Of a stretch of 49,682 bases of DNA, positions 35,005-44,097 are shown in pieces (position 1 is the stretch's first letter; each line of letters opens with the position of its first letter). The notes beneath the pieces are model-generated. The model was given only the letters and a program-made list of their open reading frames with translations. It had not been told where the DNA came from and made no database searches. This stretch comes from an uncultured Bacilli bacterium (GTDB lineage Bacteria; Bacillota_I; Bacilli_A; RF39; UBA660). A program made the translations under genes and the position numbers. Where the stretch lies: the NCBI GenBank assembly GCA_947624145.1, contig CANQIU010000001.1, positions 1 through 49,682 on the forward strand, read 5' to 3'.

Positions 35005-36709
35005 CATCTAATAATCTTTTATGAATTCCGGGTTCGACGATATTAATAGCATTTATTGCATTTTCCAAACTAGCTTTAAAATTACCTTTATAAAATAAGT
35101 TTTCTGCTTTAATTAAACCAAAATCCACATCCTTATTAGTAACTCGATAACGATTTCCATAAACTATAGTGGTTTCCGCCATCTTAGCAGTTTTAATTGT
35201 TTCATTAATCGTATTATAAACTTTTAAAACTAAATCTCGAGCATTATCAACTTTAGTATTTAAAACTTTAATAGCAATTGGTCTTTTATCTAATTCTAAG
35301 ACCATTAAATCAATAGCTTCCATAGCTTCAGCCAGTTCGACATAATAATTTTTGGGAATAACCGGAAGTTTATAAGAACGCATCTTTTCTTTTGTTTGAA
35401 ATAATATTTTTTTAATATCATCAAGTTGTTCTCGAGCTCTTTGTTCATTTTCTTTTAAAGAACCTAGATTTCTTAAGGCTATATTTAGTTTTTCTTCAGT
35501 TTTAATAAGCTTACTATTAATAATTTCCATTTCTCGAGCTAGCTTAGAAAAAGATAAAACATGACTTCGGCCTACATCAATAATCTTATCATAACTATTT
35601 CTTATATCTAGAATTTCTTTTTTTATTTCTTCAATAACTACAACATCATCATCATTAATATCATAACTATATCTAATATCCCCTAGTTTTTTATATAATT
35701 CATTATTTATTTTTTCTAACTTTGTAACTTTAAGAAGAATACTTCGTGCAAAATCTTCATAAATTCTTTTACTTATTTTTTCTTTATCAAAATCATTATA
35801 TAAAGAATCAAAATAATCTAACATTGTTTTAAGTTCAAATAAAGAATCTTCTAAATTTAAAACATTTAATCTTTGAAAGATATCTAAAATCTTTTTATTA
35901 GCTTCTTCAATATTAAAATCAATATTTAAATATTCTAAATTAAAACCTTCTTTTTCCATTCTTTCGGCAATCTTTTTAATATCTTCAATTTTTTTAGGAA
36001 TTAAGTTTTGTCCTAAAGCAACAATTGGTCTAGTTTCTTCTATTACTACTTTTAAATTTCTAATTATATCATCAATAGCTTTAACAATCTTTCCTACTTC
36101 CGTATAGGCATTTTGTTCCATTGCATTTTCAAAAGCGGTGAATAATTTATCAACATTTTCAAATTGCAGTTCTATTGGAACTTTTACAATTTGAAATTCT
36201 TCTTCATGATCATGATATTCGCTTTCAATAGCCCTAAATTCGGCTTTTAATTTGGTTATTGTTTCTCGATTTTTTTCTTCGCTTAAAGTTATTTCTTTAA
36301 TTTCCGAAAGTAAAAAGTCCGCTTTGGTTTTTAAAGAATTTAAAGCGAAATCAGTTTTAATAATTAAATCTTTTAATTCTTTATATTCGCCAAGTTCAAA
36401 TAATTCATCAATTTCATTAATACTATCAGTTATCTTTGGTAAATCTTTATCACGAATATTTTGAAATCTTTTTTGCCAATCATTAAACTTTTGCTTCATT
36501 TCCTCATTATTAACTAAGGCTTCAACTTTATTAAGTTCTGATAACATACTAGCCGAGATTACTAAATTTTTTTCTTTTTCTAACTTGGTTATTTCCTTTT
36601 TTAATTTATTCTTTTCTTTTTTATTAAACAACGTTAAAACTAACACAATTAAAATAACTGTGAAAATATAATAAGCCACCGCGATTAATAAAAACGTTGT
36701 TCTTGTCAT
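34994..36709 (-). CDS. ezrA: septation ring formation regulator EzrA
   Basis: 571 aa. Single N-terminal TM followed by long coiled-coil repeats. C-terminal GNRYR patch matching the conserved EzrA QNR-type motif. Its position between rpsD and nifZ-thiI matches B. subtilis. Confidence 0.85.
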   Translation of the reverse strand: MTRTTFLLIAVAYYIFTVILIVLVLTLFNKKEKNKLKKEITKLEKEKNLVISASMLSELNKVEALVNNEEMKQKFNDWQKRFQNIRDKDLPKITDSINEIDELFELGEYKELKDLIIKTDFALNSLKTKADFLLSEIKEITLSEEKNRETITKLKAEFRAIESEYHDHEEEFQIVKVPIELQFENVDKLFTAFENAMEQNAYTEVGKIVKAIDDIIRNLKVVIEETRPIVALGQNLIPKKIEDIKKIAERMEKEGFNLEYLNIDFNIEEANKKILDIFQRLNVLNLEDSLFELKTMLDYFDSLYNDFDKEKISKRIYEDFARSILLKVTKLEKINNELYKKLGDIRYSYDINDDDVVVIEEIKKEILDIRNSYDKIIDVGRSHVLSFSKLAREMEIINSKLIKTEEKLNIALRNLGSLKENEQRAREQLDDIKKILFQTKEKMRSYKLPVIPKNYYVELAEAMEAIDLMVLELDKRPIAIKVLNTKVDNARDLVLKVYNTINETIKTAKMAETTIVYGNRYRVTNKDVDFGLIKAENLFYKGNFKASLENAINAINIVEPGIHKRLLDEYK

Positions 36710-36771
36710 ATCTTTAACACCTTACTATAAGTATTCTATCATATCTTAAATTATTTTAAAATATCTAAGTT

Positions 36772-36795
36772 AAAAAAACTACACAAAATGTGTAG
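36772..36795 (-). terminator. terminator after the DUF308-like gene
   Basis: CTACACA-aaa-TGTGTAG with T7 on the minus strand. Confidence 0.65.
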
Positions 36796-36803
36796 AATAA
36801 ATT

Positions 36804-37409
36804 TTATTTTTTACTTAATATTAATTGATTTATAATATCATATACGGCAACAATAATCAGGAAGGCTCCAGATATTTTCGTTATTAACATTAAATTAGCA
36901 AAAGGATTAATTATTAGAATTAAACCAAAAACAATAATAATTGTTCCACTTATTAAATTTAATTTCCAAAGATGTAATGATGGATCTTTAATTAAATAAC
37001 AATTATAATATTTCAAAATACCATTTATTAACATATATATTCCAAATATTATTGTGGCGAGTTGCATCACAATTGTTGGATTTACAACAACAACTATGCC
37101 TACAGCAAAGTAAAGAATTCCGGAAATTAAATTTAGAATACTTGCTTTTACACCAGGTTTAAAATATTTAATAACGGTAAGTAAACCAGCTAAAAGAAAA
37201 GCTCCACCAATAACATAACCGATTATAGAATTAACCCCATCAGGAATAAAAAACAAAATAGTCCCAACAATAATCATTATAACGGATACTAAAATCGAAT
37301 TCGCAGAAGTTTTAAAATTAACTTCTACTTTTTGTTCATTCTTTTTTTCAACAACTTCAGTTTCTATTTCGATGCCATCCTTTTTAATAATTGCATTCTT
37401 TTTTTTCAT
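36804..37409 (-). CDS. HdeD/DUF308-family membrane protein
   Basis: 201 aa. Six TM helices built from repeated G-rich helix pairs (ILxxIxGIxxxxxGxxxxxxP). TTTACA-17-TATAAT promoter and GGAAGTG RBS upstream. Confidence 0.65.
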   Translation of the reverse strand: MKKKNAIIKKDGIEIETEVVEKKNEQKVEVNFKTSANSILVSVIMIIVGTILFFIPDGVNSIIGYVIGGAFLLAGLLTVIKYFKPGVKASILNLISGILYFAVGIVVVVNPTIVMQLATIIFGIYMLINGILKYYNCYLIKDPSLHLWKLNLISGTIIIVFGLILIINPFANLMLITKISGAFLIIVAVYDIINQLILSKK

Positions 37410-37483
37410 AAGTAATCACTTCCTATAGTAATTATAAGGAAAATTTCTTTGATTGTAAAGATATGACTTAAAAAAACAATCTA

Positions 37484-37520
37484 TTGTGCACTTTTCCGAG
37501 ATTTTGTTGTGCACTTTTCC
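37484..37520. repeat. tandem direct repeat TTGTGCACTTTTCC x2 (candidate regulator binding sites)
   Basis: Identical 14-mers at 37484-37497 and 37507-37520, spaced 23 nt start to start. Each contains the palindrome GTGCAC. They lie between the divergent DUF308-gene and rpsD promoters. Confidence 0.6.
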
Positions 37521-37543
37521 AAAATAAAACTAAGCAAATTTCA

Positions 37544-37573
37544 TTGACAAACAACATATATATTAGTTATAAT
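37544..37573 (+). promoter_or_regulatory. rpsD promoter
   Basis: TTGACA (37544-37549), 18 nt, TATAAT (37568-37573). Confidence 0.7.
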
Positions 37574-37579
37574 AATCTT

Positions 37580-37737
37580 GCAATTTATTTAGGCAGTGCT
37601 TAACTAATTTAAGTAATGTGTTTAAACCTTAAAGGAATAAAGTAACTAGGACTGCCCTAGCGAAATTATTTAAACTCCCTACTTAAAATTAGAAGCTCGT
37701 TTAATATTTGCAAAAATATTACGAAAGGAGGATTTTT
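37580..37737 (+). promoter_or_regulatory. structured rpsD 5' leader (candidate S4 autoregulatory r-protein leader)
   Basis: Untranslated leader of about 160 nt. Long-range pairing TAGG-CAGT (37588-37597) with ACTGCCCTA (37651-37659). Hairpin TAATATTT-gcaa-AAATATTA (37702-37721) lies immediately 5' of the AAAGGAGG RBS. Confidence 0.4.
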
Positions 37738-38340
37738 ATGGCAAGATACATTGGACCTCGTTATAAAAAATCTAGAAGATATGAATTTTCTACTTTAGAA
37801 AATGGTAAAGATTTAGCTCGTCGTCCTTATGCTCCTGGTCAACATGGCCAAGATCGAAGAAAAAAATTAAGTGAATATGGAATCCAATTACAAGAAAAAC
37901 AAAAAGTTAGAACTATGTATGGTTTAAACGAAAAACAATTCCATAAAACATTTGATAGAGCTTCTAAAATGCAAGGCATTACCGGGGAAAACTTACTTGT
38001 ATTACTAGAATCTCGTCTAGATAATATCGTTTATCGTTTAGGAATGGCTCGAACTAGACGTTCAGCTCGCCAAATCGTTAACCATGGTCATATTTTAGTT
38101 AATGGTCAAAAAGTAAATATTCCATCTTATACAACTAAGCCTGGTGATGTTATAAGTGTTAAAGAAACATCAATGAATCACCCTGCTATTAAAGATGCTT
38201 TAGAACTTAATTTAAATGTTCCCGCATTCTTAGAAATGGATAAAAATACTTTAACTGGTAAATATGTAAGAATTCCTGATAGAACAGAACTTAATAGTGA
38301 AATTCAAGAACAATTAATCGTTGAATTCTATAACAGATAA
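37738..38340 (+). CDS. rpsD: 30S ribosomal protein S4
   Basis: MARYIGPRYKKSRR... is the canonical S4 N-terminus, and an S4 RNA-binding domain follows. ATG 37738 lies 6 nt after AAAGGAGG. The track ORF starts upstream at TTG 37708. Confidence 0.97.
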   Translation: MARYIGPRYKKSRRYEFSTLENGKDLARRPYAPGQHGQDRRKKLSEYGIQLQEKQKVRTMYGLNEKQFHKTFDRASKMQGITGENLLVLLESRLDNIVYRLGMARTRRSARQIVNHGHILVNGQKVNIPSYTTKPGDVISVKETSMNHPAIKDALELNLNVPAFLEMDKNTLTGKYVRIPDRTELNSEIQEQLIVEFYNR

Positions 38341-38341
38341 T

Positions 38342-38370
38342 AAAAAAATCAACCTTTTGGTTGGTTTTTT
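38342..38370. terminator. bidirectional terminator between convergent rpsD and the HipA-like gene
   Basis: A7-TCAACC-tttt-GGTTGG-T6. Overlaps the stop of the HipA-like ORF. Confidence 0.7.
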
Positions 38371-39544
38371 ATTGAAAGAAATTTATAACTTCCATTATAT
38401 TCTTTTTTAACTTTTCTTTTAAGACTAAGATATCTTCTTTACTATTAATATTAGTATATTTATAATATTTATTTAGGATTTCTTCATAAAGATTAGGTAT
38501 TTCTTTAAGTTTATTTAATACATCATTATCAAGTTTTAAATCTTTAATTAAATTTAAAACTTCTTTATGAGAAACATTAGTTGTATTAAAAACAATTAAT
38601 TCATTATCAATATTTAAATCAATTTTAGGCAAATAGGTTAACATAGCTCTACCACAATCATATATGGGAGCAACATCTAACCATTTTAATGTATTAACAT
38701 CTCTTATTATTCCATAGTTACCTAAATGGCGATCGTGATTAGAAATTATTAAATCTAATAGCAACATTTTACTAACCTTTTCTTTAGCACTAAGAATATG
38801 TTGATTATTTAAAAGGTTAATATATTCTTCAAAACATTCTTTATAATTTTTGTTATGAAGTCCTAATTCATAAAAAGGAATCAACTCAACATTTTCATTA
38901 CAAAATGTTTCACAAGAAGAAACTAAAGTAGATTTATCTAAATTAGATAATACCTTTAAATCATATTTAACACAAGAAACACCTAGAATTTCGCTAATCT
39001 TAGAGGCTATATATTCATTAAGAGGTTCTAATTTTAAAAAAGTATTAGATGATTTATATAAAATTCTTTTATTGTTTTCTATTATCCAACATTTACCTAA
39101 TTCTCCACCAGTGGTAATATTTGGAGAATATAAGACATTAACATCATCATAGTTATATTCTCTAGATTCTAGCCCTAAAAATAGGTAATTTTTATAATCA
39201 AAATTATTTTGAAAAAAATTAACATCTTCCCATTTAATATTTTTATTTTTCTGCTTTAACCAATATGGATCTGATAAAGAAAGACCATATGATTTAGTGT
39301 AAATTGATGTTTGTAAATCAACAGCATAATTTGTTTTAGATAATTGCTTAAACCAAGTACTATTAATTAAAAAACGACTTTTTAACCAGTCATTTAAATC
39401 TTTTAATAAATTAGAACTGTTATACAAATATAAGGGTAAATAATTTAAATCATACTTGTTTATTATTTTAGTTATAGCTTTAATATTTTCATCATAATAA
39501 AAATCTATTAATTTATGATTTTTATTCATTAAAGTAAATTGCAT
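38369..39544 (-). CDS. HipA-family serine/threonine kinase-like protein (no adjacent HipB)
   Basis: 391 aa. Gly-rich loop TTGGELGKCW (compare HipA GAQEK). Catalytic loop SNHDRHLGNYG (D-x-H-x-x-N). Mg-binding APIYDCG (compare HipA P-x-YD). Own extended -10 TGTTATACT (-10 at 39565-39570) and GGAGGG RBS. Confidence 0.78.
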   Translation of the reverse strand: MQFTLMNKNHKLIDFYYDENIKAITKIINKYDLNYLPLYLYNSSNLLKDLNDWLKSRFLINSTWFKQLSKTNYAVDLQTSIYTKSYGLSLSDPYWLKQKNKNIKWEDVNFFQNNFDYKNYLFLGLESREYNYDDVNVLYSPNITTGGELGKCWIIENNKRILYKSSNTFLKLEPLNEYIASKISEILGVSCVKYDLKVLSNLDKSTLVSSCETFCNENVELIPFYELGLHNKNYKECFEEYINLLNNQHILSAKEKVSKMLLLDLIISNHDRHLGNYGIIRDVNTLKWLDVAPIYDCGRAMLTYLPKIDLNIDNELIVFNTTNVSHKEVLNLIKDLKLDNDVLNKLKEIPNLYEEILNKYYKYTNINSKEDILVLKEKLKKNIMEVINFFQ

Positions 39545-39578
39545 ATTATCCCTCCATATATACTAGTATAACATAAAT

Positions 39579-39607
39579 TAAAAAAACACATCAATCTTTT
39601 GTGTTTT
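39579..39607 (-). terminator. terminator after the M16 peptidase operon
   Basis: Minus strand AACACA-aaagattga-TGTGTT followed by T-rich sequence. Overlaps the last codons of 39591-40877. Confidence 0.55.
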
Positions 39608-40877
39608 CTTTTTCTTGATTAACTACTAAAACAGATGAATTTTTTAAATCTATTTTATTTATTAAATCTTGAATCATATCATAAGTAATATTTTGAATTC
39701 TTTCTTTTATATTTAATATAACTTGATTATCTAATAAAATACCATTAATAATTGATTCATTCATATTTTCAATATCATCAAAATCTAGGATTGTCGTAGC
39801 TAAAGTTGATTTTATTTTTCGATTTAACTCTTCTTCTGTTATTTCTAGATTATTTAGTTTTTCTTCAAATCTTTTAACTACTTCTTTAGGATAATTCGTA
39901 TCAATAGTAATAAATATTCCTACATAATCATCGATAAAAAGACAAGATGGATACATTCCAATAATTAAGCCTTTATTAGTAAGTTCTTCTCTAAAATCAC
40001 TAGTTAAACCAAAATTAATATTTAAAATAAGGCGAAGCATTAAAAGCAAATCCCAATTACCATATTCTTTAAATTTATTACGAGGTATTTTTAAACCATA
40101 TTTTACTTTAGGAGTAGTTACTTTTAAATTAATTTCTTCAAACTTTTTAACTACTTCTTTTGGTTCTTTAACTTGAATTATTTCCGGTTTCACAAATTTA
40201 GCAAATTCTTTTTGGTCTAAGTTATCATCAATAATTTTAGCCATTTCATAAGGGTTGAAATTACCCGTTAGACACATAAACATATTAGCTGGATGATAAA
40301 AAGCATTATAAACATTAAATAAATCATCAACACTAATATTTTTAATATCCTCTTCTTCCCCCGTGATAATATGACGGTAGTTTGATTCTTTAAACATATT
40401 TTTTAAATGGGTATATAAAATATTCGAATTAGGATCATCTTTAGTCATATTAGCTTCTTCAATAATAATACCCTTTTCTTTTTGAACATTTTTCTTAGTA
40501 AAATATGGATTATAAATAAAATCTAAAAAATGATTAAGATTATCCGGAATATTCATAGTTGTATATAAAATATATTCCGTATAATTAAAGGTTGTAAAAG
40601 CATTGGCATCTCCTCCAGATTTATAAAAGAAATCATGGGCCGTAAAGTCATCAGTTTCATTAAATTTAAGATGTTCTAAAAAGTGAGCAAGGCCATTTGG
40701 CACATGATACTTCTTATTCTTAATTTTAAAATCTGTATGAATAGAACCATAAGGAACCGTCATCGTCATTAAACAACTTTTTATTTTTTCATTAACCCAC
40801 ATATAAGTTACTAAACCACTTTTATGTTCATGAACATATAACTTTTCTTTTAAACCTTTAAATTCTAATTCTTTCAT
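39591..40877 (-). CDS. M16 family zinc peptidase (pitrilysin/insulinase-like), catalytic subunit
   Basis: Inverted zinc motif HxxEH present (GLAHFLEHLKF), with downstream E. 428 aa. Overlaps the upstream M16 paralog by 4 nt. Confidence 0.88.
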   Translation of the reverse strand: MKELEFKGLKEKLYVHEHKSGLVTYMWVNEKIKSCLMTMTVPYGSIHTDFKIKNKKYHVPNGLAHFLEHLKFNETDDFTAHDFFYKSGGDANAFTTFNYTEYILYTTMNIPDNLNHFLDFIYNPYFTKKNVQKEKGIIIEEANMTKDDPNSNILYTHLKNMFKESNYRHIITGEEEDIKNISVDDLFNVYNAFYHPANMFMCLTGNFNPYEMAKIIDDNLDQKEFAKFVKPEIIQVKEPKEVVKKFEEINLKVTTPKVKYGLKIPRNKFKEYGNWDLLLMLRLILNINFGLTSDFREELTNKGLIIGMYPSCLFIDDYVGIFITIDTNYPKEVVKRFEEKLNNLEITEEELNRKIKSTLATTILDFDDIENMNESIINGILLDNQVILNIKERIQNITYDMIQDLINKIDLKNSSVLVVNQEKENTKD

Positions 40878-42136
40878 TTATTACCTCCATTTAAAACATA
40901 GATTGTATTTAATTTAAGTTTCTTAGCTACATTCATTAAATCTTCTTTACTAACCTTTTTTAAAGCTTCTCTTCTTTCTGGAATAGGAGGTAAATCATTT
41001 AAAACTTCAAAAACATAATTATTTATTAAAGCCATATTATTATCCATTGTTAAATCATAAGATAAACAAAGATTAGTTTTAGCATCAGTAATCATTTCTT
41101 CACTAAAGTCCCCATGAATCATTTCTTTAAGACATTTTTTAATTAAACTAATAGCTTTTTTAACATTAGCTTTATCTAAAGAAACCCCAATAACTAAAAG
41201 ATTATCATTTTTTAAATAATTACTAAATAAACTATAACATAAAGAATTCTTTTCTCTTAAAGCTTCATATAGTTTACTAGTAAGTCCCCCACTTCCTAAA
41301 ATATAATTAAAGACATTAAAAACAGTATCTTTTTCAAACTTAGTTAAATTATCTAAATTATATATCATTATTAGATTAGATTGAATAAAGTTACTATCTT
41401 CAACTACTTTAGTTACTCTTTTCTTTAATTTATTAGTATATTCAATATTTATTTTGGTATCACTAATAATTCGATTATGATAATATTTTCTTATTATACT
41501 TACTACTTTATCCATATCTAAATTACCAATTATAAAGATATTACAAGCATGTTCTTTAAAGAATGCTTGATATCTTTTATATAAAGTGGCGGGAGTAATT
41601 TTTTCGATATCTTCTAAAGTACCTAATGAGCTAATGGAAGTAATACTATCTTTATCCATGGCTTTAAGAGCATGCCGAATACTTATTTTTAAAGAGTTTT
41701 CTTCAATAGCTTTAATTTCTTTAATAATCTTATCTTTTAAAATATTAAAGGTTTTTAAATCCCATTCACTATTACAAACATTTGGATTTTCTAAAGCTTC
41801 AAAAGGAAGTTTTAACACATTTTCAAGATAATCTTCTTCATCAATATATTCAGGATTAATAAAATCTAAAACAAAAGAAGAATTTAGCATATTACCCGTT
41901 TTAGATACCACACTATAAAGAACTGTTCGATATAATTCTTCTAATCTTATTTCTAAATCTTTAGTAGAATATTTTTTAGTATTTTCGGTTAATATATCAG
42001 TTAAAAAATTGTCTTCATAGATCGTCTCTTTATTTATTTTTTTACTAAATAGTATTTCCATATGACAAGTTTTAAACTTATCAGTTTTTATTGTATAAAC
42101 ATTAAATGTATTACAATTATATGTTTTATAAGTCAT
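40874..42136 (-). CDS. M16 family peptidase-like protein, non-catalytic partner
   Basis: Same length class and fold pattern, but the HxxEH position reads FLTDILTENTKKY, so the zinc ligands are lost. This resembles the YmfF/YmfH-type pair. Confidence 0.8.
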   Translation of the reverse strand: MTYKTYNCNTFNVYTIKTDKFKTCHMEILFSKKINKETIYEDNFLTDILTENTKKYSTKDLEIRLEELYRTVLYSVVSKTGNMLNSSFVLDFINPEYIDEEDYLENVLKLPFEALENPNVCNSEWDLKTFNILKDKIIKEIKAIEENSLKISIRHALKAMDKDSITSISSLGTLEDIEKITPATLYKRYQAFFKEHACNIFIIGNLDMDKVVSIIRKYYHNRIISDTKINIEYTNKLKKRVTKVVEDSNFIQSNLIMIYNLDNLTKFEKDTVFNVFNYILGSGGLTSKLYEALREKNSLCYSLFSNYLKNDNLLVIGVSLDKANVKKAISLIKKCLKEMIHGDFSEEMITDAKTNLCLSYDLTMDNNMALINNYVFEVLNDLPPIPERREALKKVSKEDLMNVAKKLKLNTIYVLNGGNK

Positions 42137-43277
42137 TTTCCACCTCTTTACTATTATGATTCATTTTCTTTATTTTATTATATTCTTTTTTAAAGTAATC
42201 ATCGGTCATCCCGGCAATATAATCAATAACTATTTGTTCTTTTTTATTTTCTTTATATTTAGCACTCATATTATTATAATAAGATATTACAATATTAGAT
42301 TGAAGATTATTAGTTTTTAAATCATTTAAATAGGTTTGATATAATGCCCTAAAACCTTCTTCAATCTTAATTAATTCTTCTTTAGTATAAGCTTTAGCAT
42401 AGATATTTTCGTAATTAAATTTTTTTAACTCTTGCATTGCTTCATAAATATTATCACTTAGTTTTAAATATGGCTTATTAATACTATTATGAATAATATC
42501 TAAAGTTATTGTATTAACGATATCTTTATTGTTTAAACCTAAGACATTAACAATTTTTTTAGGAACTATCGAAGGCTTAATAATTTTAAGTCTAATGGCA
42601 TCTTCAATATCTTTGCCGAGGTAAGCTACCATATCACTAATTCTAACAACACAACCTTCTAAAGTCATTGGAATAAGATTTTTAATAATATTTTTATCAT
42701 GATAGGAATTATGATATTCGGTTAAAAATTGTTCCTTGGTTTTCTTGCGAGGCTGATACATTCCTTTTAAAAATTCCCCATTGTGGCACATCACAGCATC
42801 TAAAGTTTGCAGGGTTATATTTTTACCTTCGCCATAGTTTTCAATTTCCATTAAAAGCCGAACGCTATGGATATTATGATTATAATATCCTAGATTTTCT
42901 TCTAAAGAGATTTTATTAAGGATGGCTTCTCCCACATGGCCAAAAGGCGTATGACCTAAATCATGAGCTAATGAGGCTGCTTCTATTAAATCTTCATTTA
43001 AGCCTAACGCCCTTCCAATCGTTCTAGCAATCTTACTAACATATTGAATATGGAGCATTCTTTTAGTGATATGATCATTATCTTTAAAAGAAAAGACTTG
43101 TGTTTTATCAGCATAACGCATAAAAGATAATGTATAAATAATTTTATCAATATCTCTAAAAAAAGGCGTTCTAATATCTTCTTTTATTTCATTTAAATAA
43201 ATAGCTTCTTTATCTAAACAAGCATATTTACTTAAACCATTATTATGTCTTTGCATATTTTTTTGCACTGCCTTCAT
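42126..43277 (-). CDS. dGTPase-like HD-domain dNTP triphosphohydrolase
   Basis: RTPFFRDIDKIIYTLSFMRYADKTQVF and HDLGHTPFGH motifs of the dGTP triphosphohydrolase family. Confidence 0.85.
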   Translation of the reverse strand: MKAVQKNMQRHNNGLSKYACLDKEAIYLNEIKEDIRTPFFRDIDKIIYTLSFMRYADKTQVFSFKDNDHITKRMLHIQYVSKIARTIGRALGLNEDLIEAASLAHDLGHTPFGHVGEAILNKISLEENLGYYNHNIHSVRLLMEIENYGEGKNITLQTLDAVMCHNGEFLKGMYQPRKKTKEQFLTEYHNSYHDKNIIKNLIPMTLEGCVVRISDMVAYLGKDIEDAIRLKIIKPSIVPKKIVNVLGLNNKDIVNTITLDIIHNSINKPYLKLSDNIYEAMQELKKFNYENIYAKAYTKEELIKIEEGFRALYQTYLNDLKTNNLQSNIVISYYNNMSAKYKENKKEQIVIDYIAGMTDDYFKKEYNKIKKMNHNSKEVENDL

Positions 43278-43311
43278 ATTTTTTACCTCTTAAATATCAT
43301 AACATATAAAC

Positions 43312-44097
43312 TTATTTAAGAAAATCACAATTTTGACATAATTTCTCTATCTTTTGATTTTTTTGAAAACCTTGAGACATTAATTGATATCTTGAACTAT
43401 TTATAATATCGGACATATTATTTTTAAAAATATTACCCAGTTTTATTATGCCCATTCCATCTAAACAACAGGGAACTACTTTACCATCTACTAAAATACC
43501 TAAATGATCTTTTAGAGCATAGCATTTGCCTTCTTTTCTATTTAAGCCGCGCGATAAACTAGGCCAAATAAATTCTTCATCAAAATCAATAAAGATATTT
43601 TCTTGTAATTTAGTATGTCCCTTTATTTTCTTTTGATACTTTTTTTCTAACGAGGCAATTATTTTATCTTTATATTTGGTCTTAACCCATATCCTATAGT
43701 TAATATAAGTATTTTTAGCTAAAATATCAACACTAGAAAAAATATTCGCTAAATACTTTTCTAAACTTATTTTTTGATCATCATAACTATGTAAAGAAAT
43801 ATTTATTTGTCTTATATTTTTATTATCCTTTATTCTATCTATATAATAACCATTTGTTGTAATATTAATATTATAATTATTTTCTTTAGCTAAATTAATA
43901 AATTCATTTATTTTAGGATGGAGTAAAGGTTCTCCTAAAAGATGAAAATATAAATAACTTGTATAGCCTTTTAATTTAGCTAAGATAACTTTAAATTCAT
44001 CTTCCCCCATAAACCTAACTTCTCTTTTATTGCCTAAACAAAAAGGACATTTTAAATTACAACTATTAGTTATTTCTACATATACTTTTTTATACAT
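43312..44097 (-). CDS. compact radical SAM enzyme with Twitch/partial-SPASM C-terminal domain
   Basis: CNLKCPFC (CxxxCxxC) at residues 13-20. C-terminal C-x13(G)-x4-C (CYALKDHLGILVDGKVVPCC) plus terminal CQNC. Only 261 aa. Confidence 0.82.
   Translation of the reverse strand: MYKKVYVEITNSCNLKCPFCLGNKREVRFMGEDEFKVILAKLKGYTSYLYFHLLGEPLLHPKINEFINLAKENNYNINITTNGYYIDRIKDNKNIRQINISLHSYDDQKISLEKYLANIFSSVDILAKNTYINYRIWVKTKYKDKIIASLEKKYQKKIKGHTKLQENIFIDFDEEFIWPSLSRGLNRKEGKCYALKDHLGILVDGKVVPCCLDGMGIIKLGNIFKNNMSDIINSSRYQLMSQGFQKNQKIEKLCQNCDFLK

Noticed and set aside
38341-39590. HipB-type antitoxin adjacent to the HipA-like gene
   Set aside because: The flanking non-coding stretches, 28 and 46 nt, are occupied by terminators, a promoter and an RBS. 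No HTH ORF is present on either strand.
39545-44097. RiPP precursor peptide gene for the radical SAM / M16 genes
   Set aside because: I looked in the 34-nt and 46-nt gaps and at gene junctions on both strands. There is no small ORF with an RBS, so I do not call a RiPP cluster. The idea is kept only as a hypothesis in the findings.
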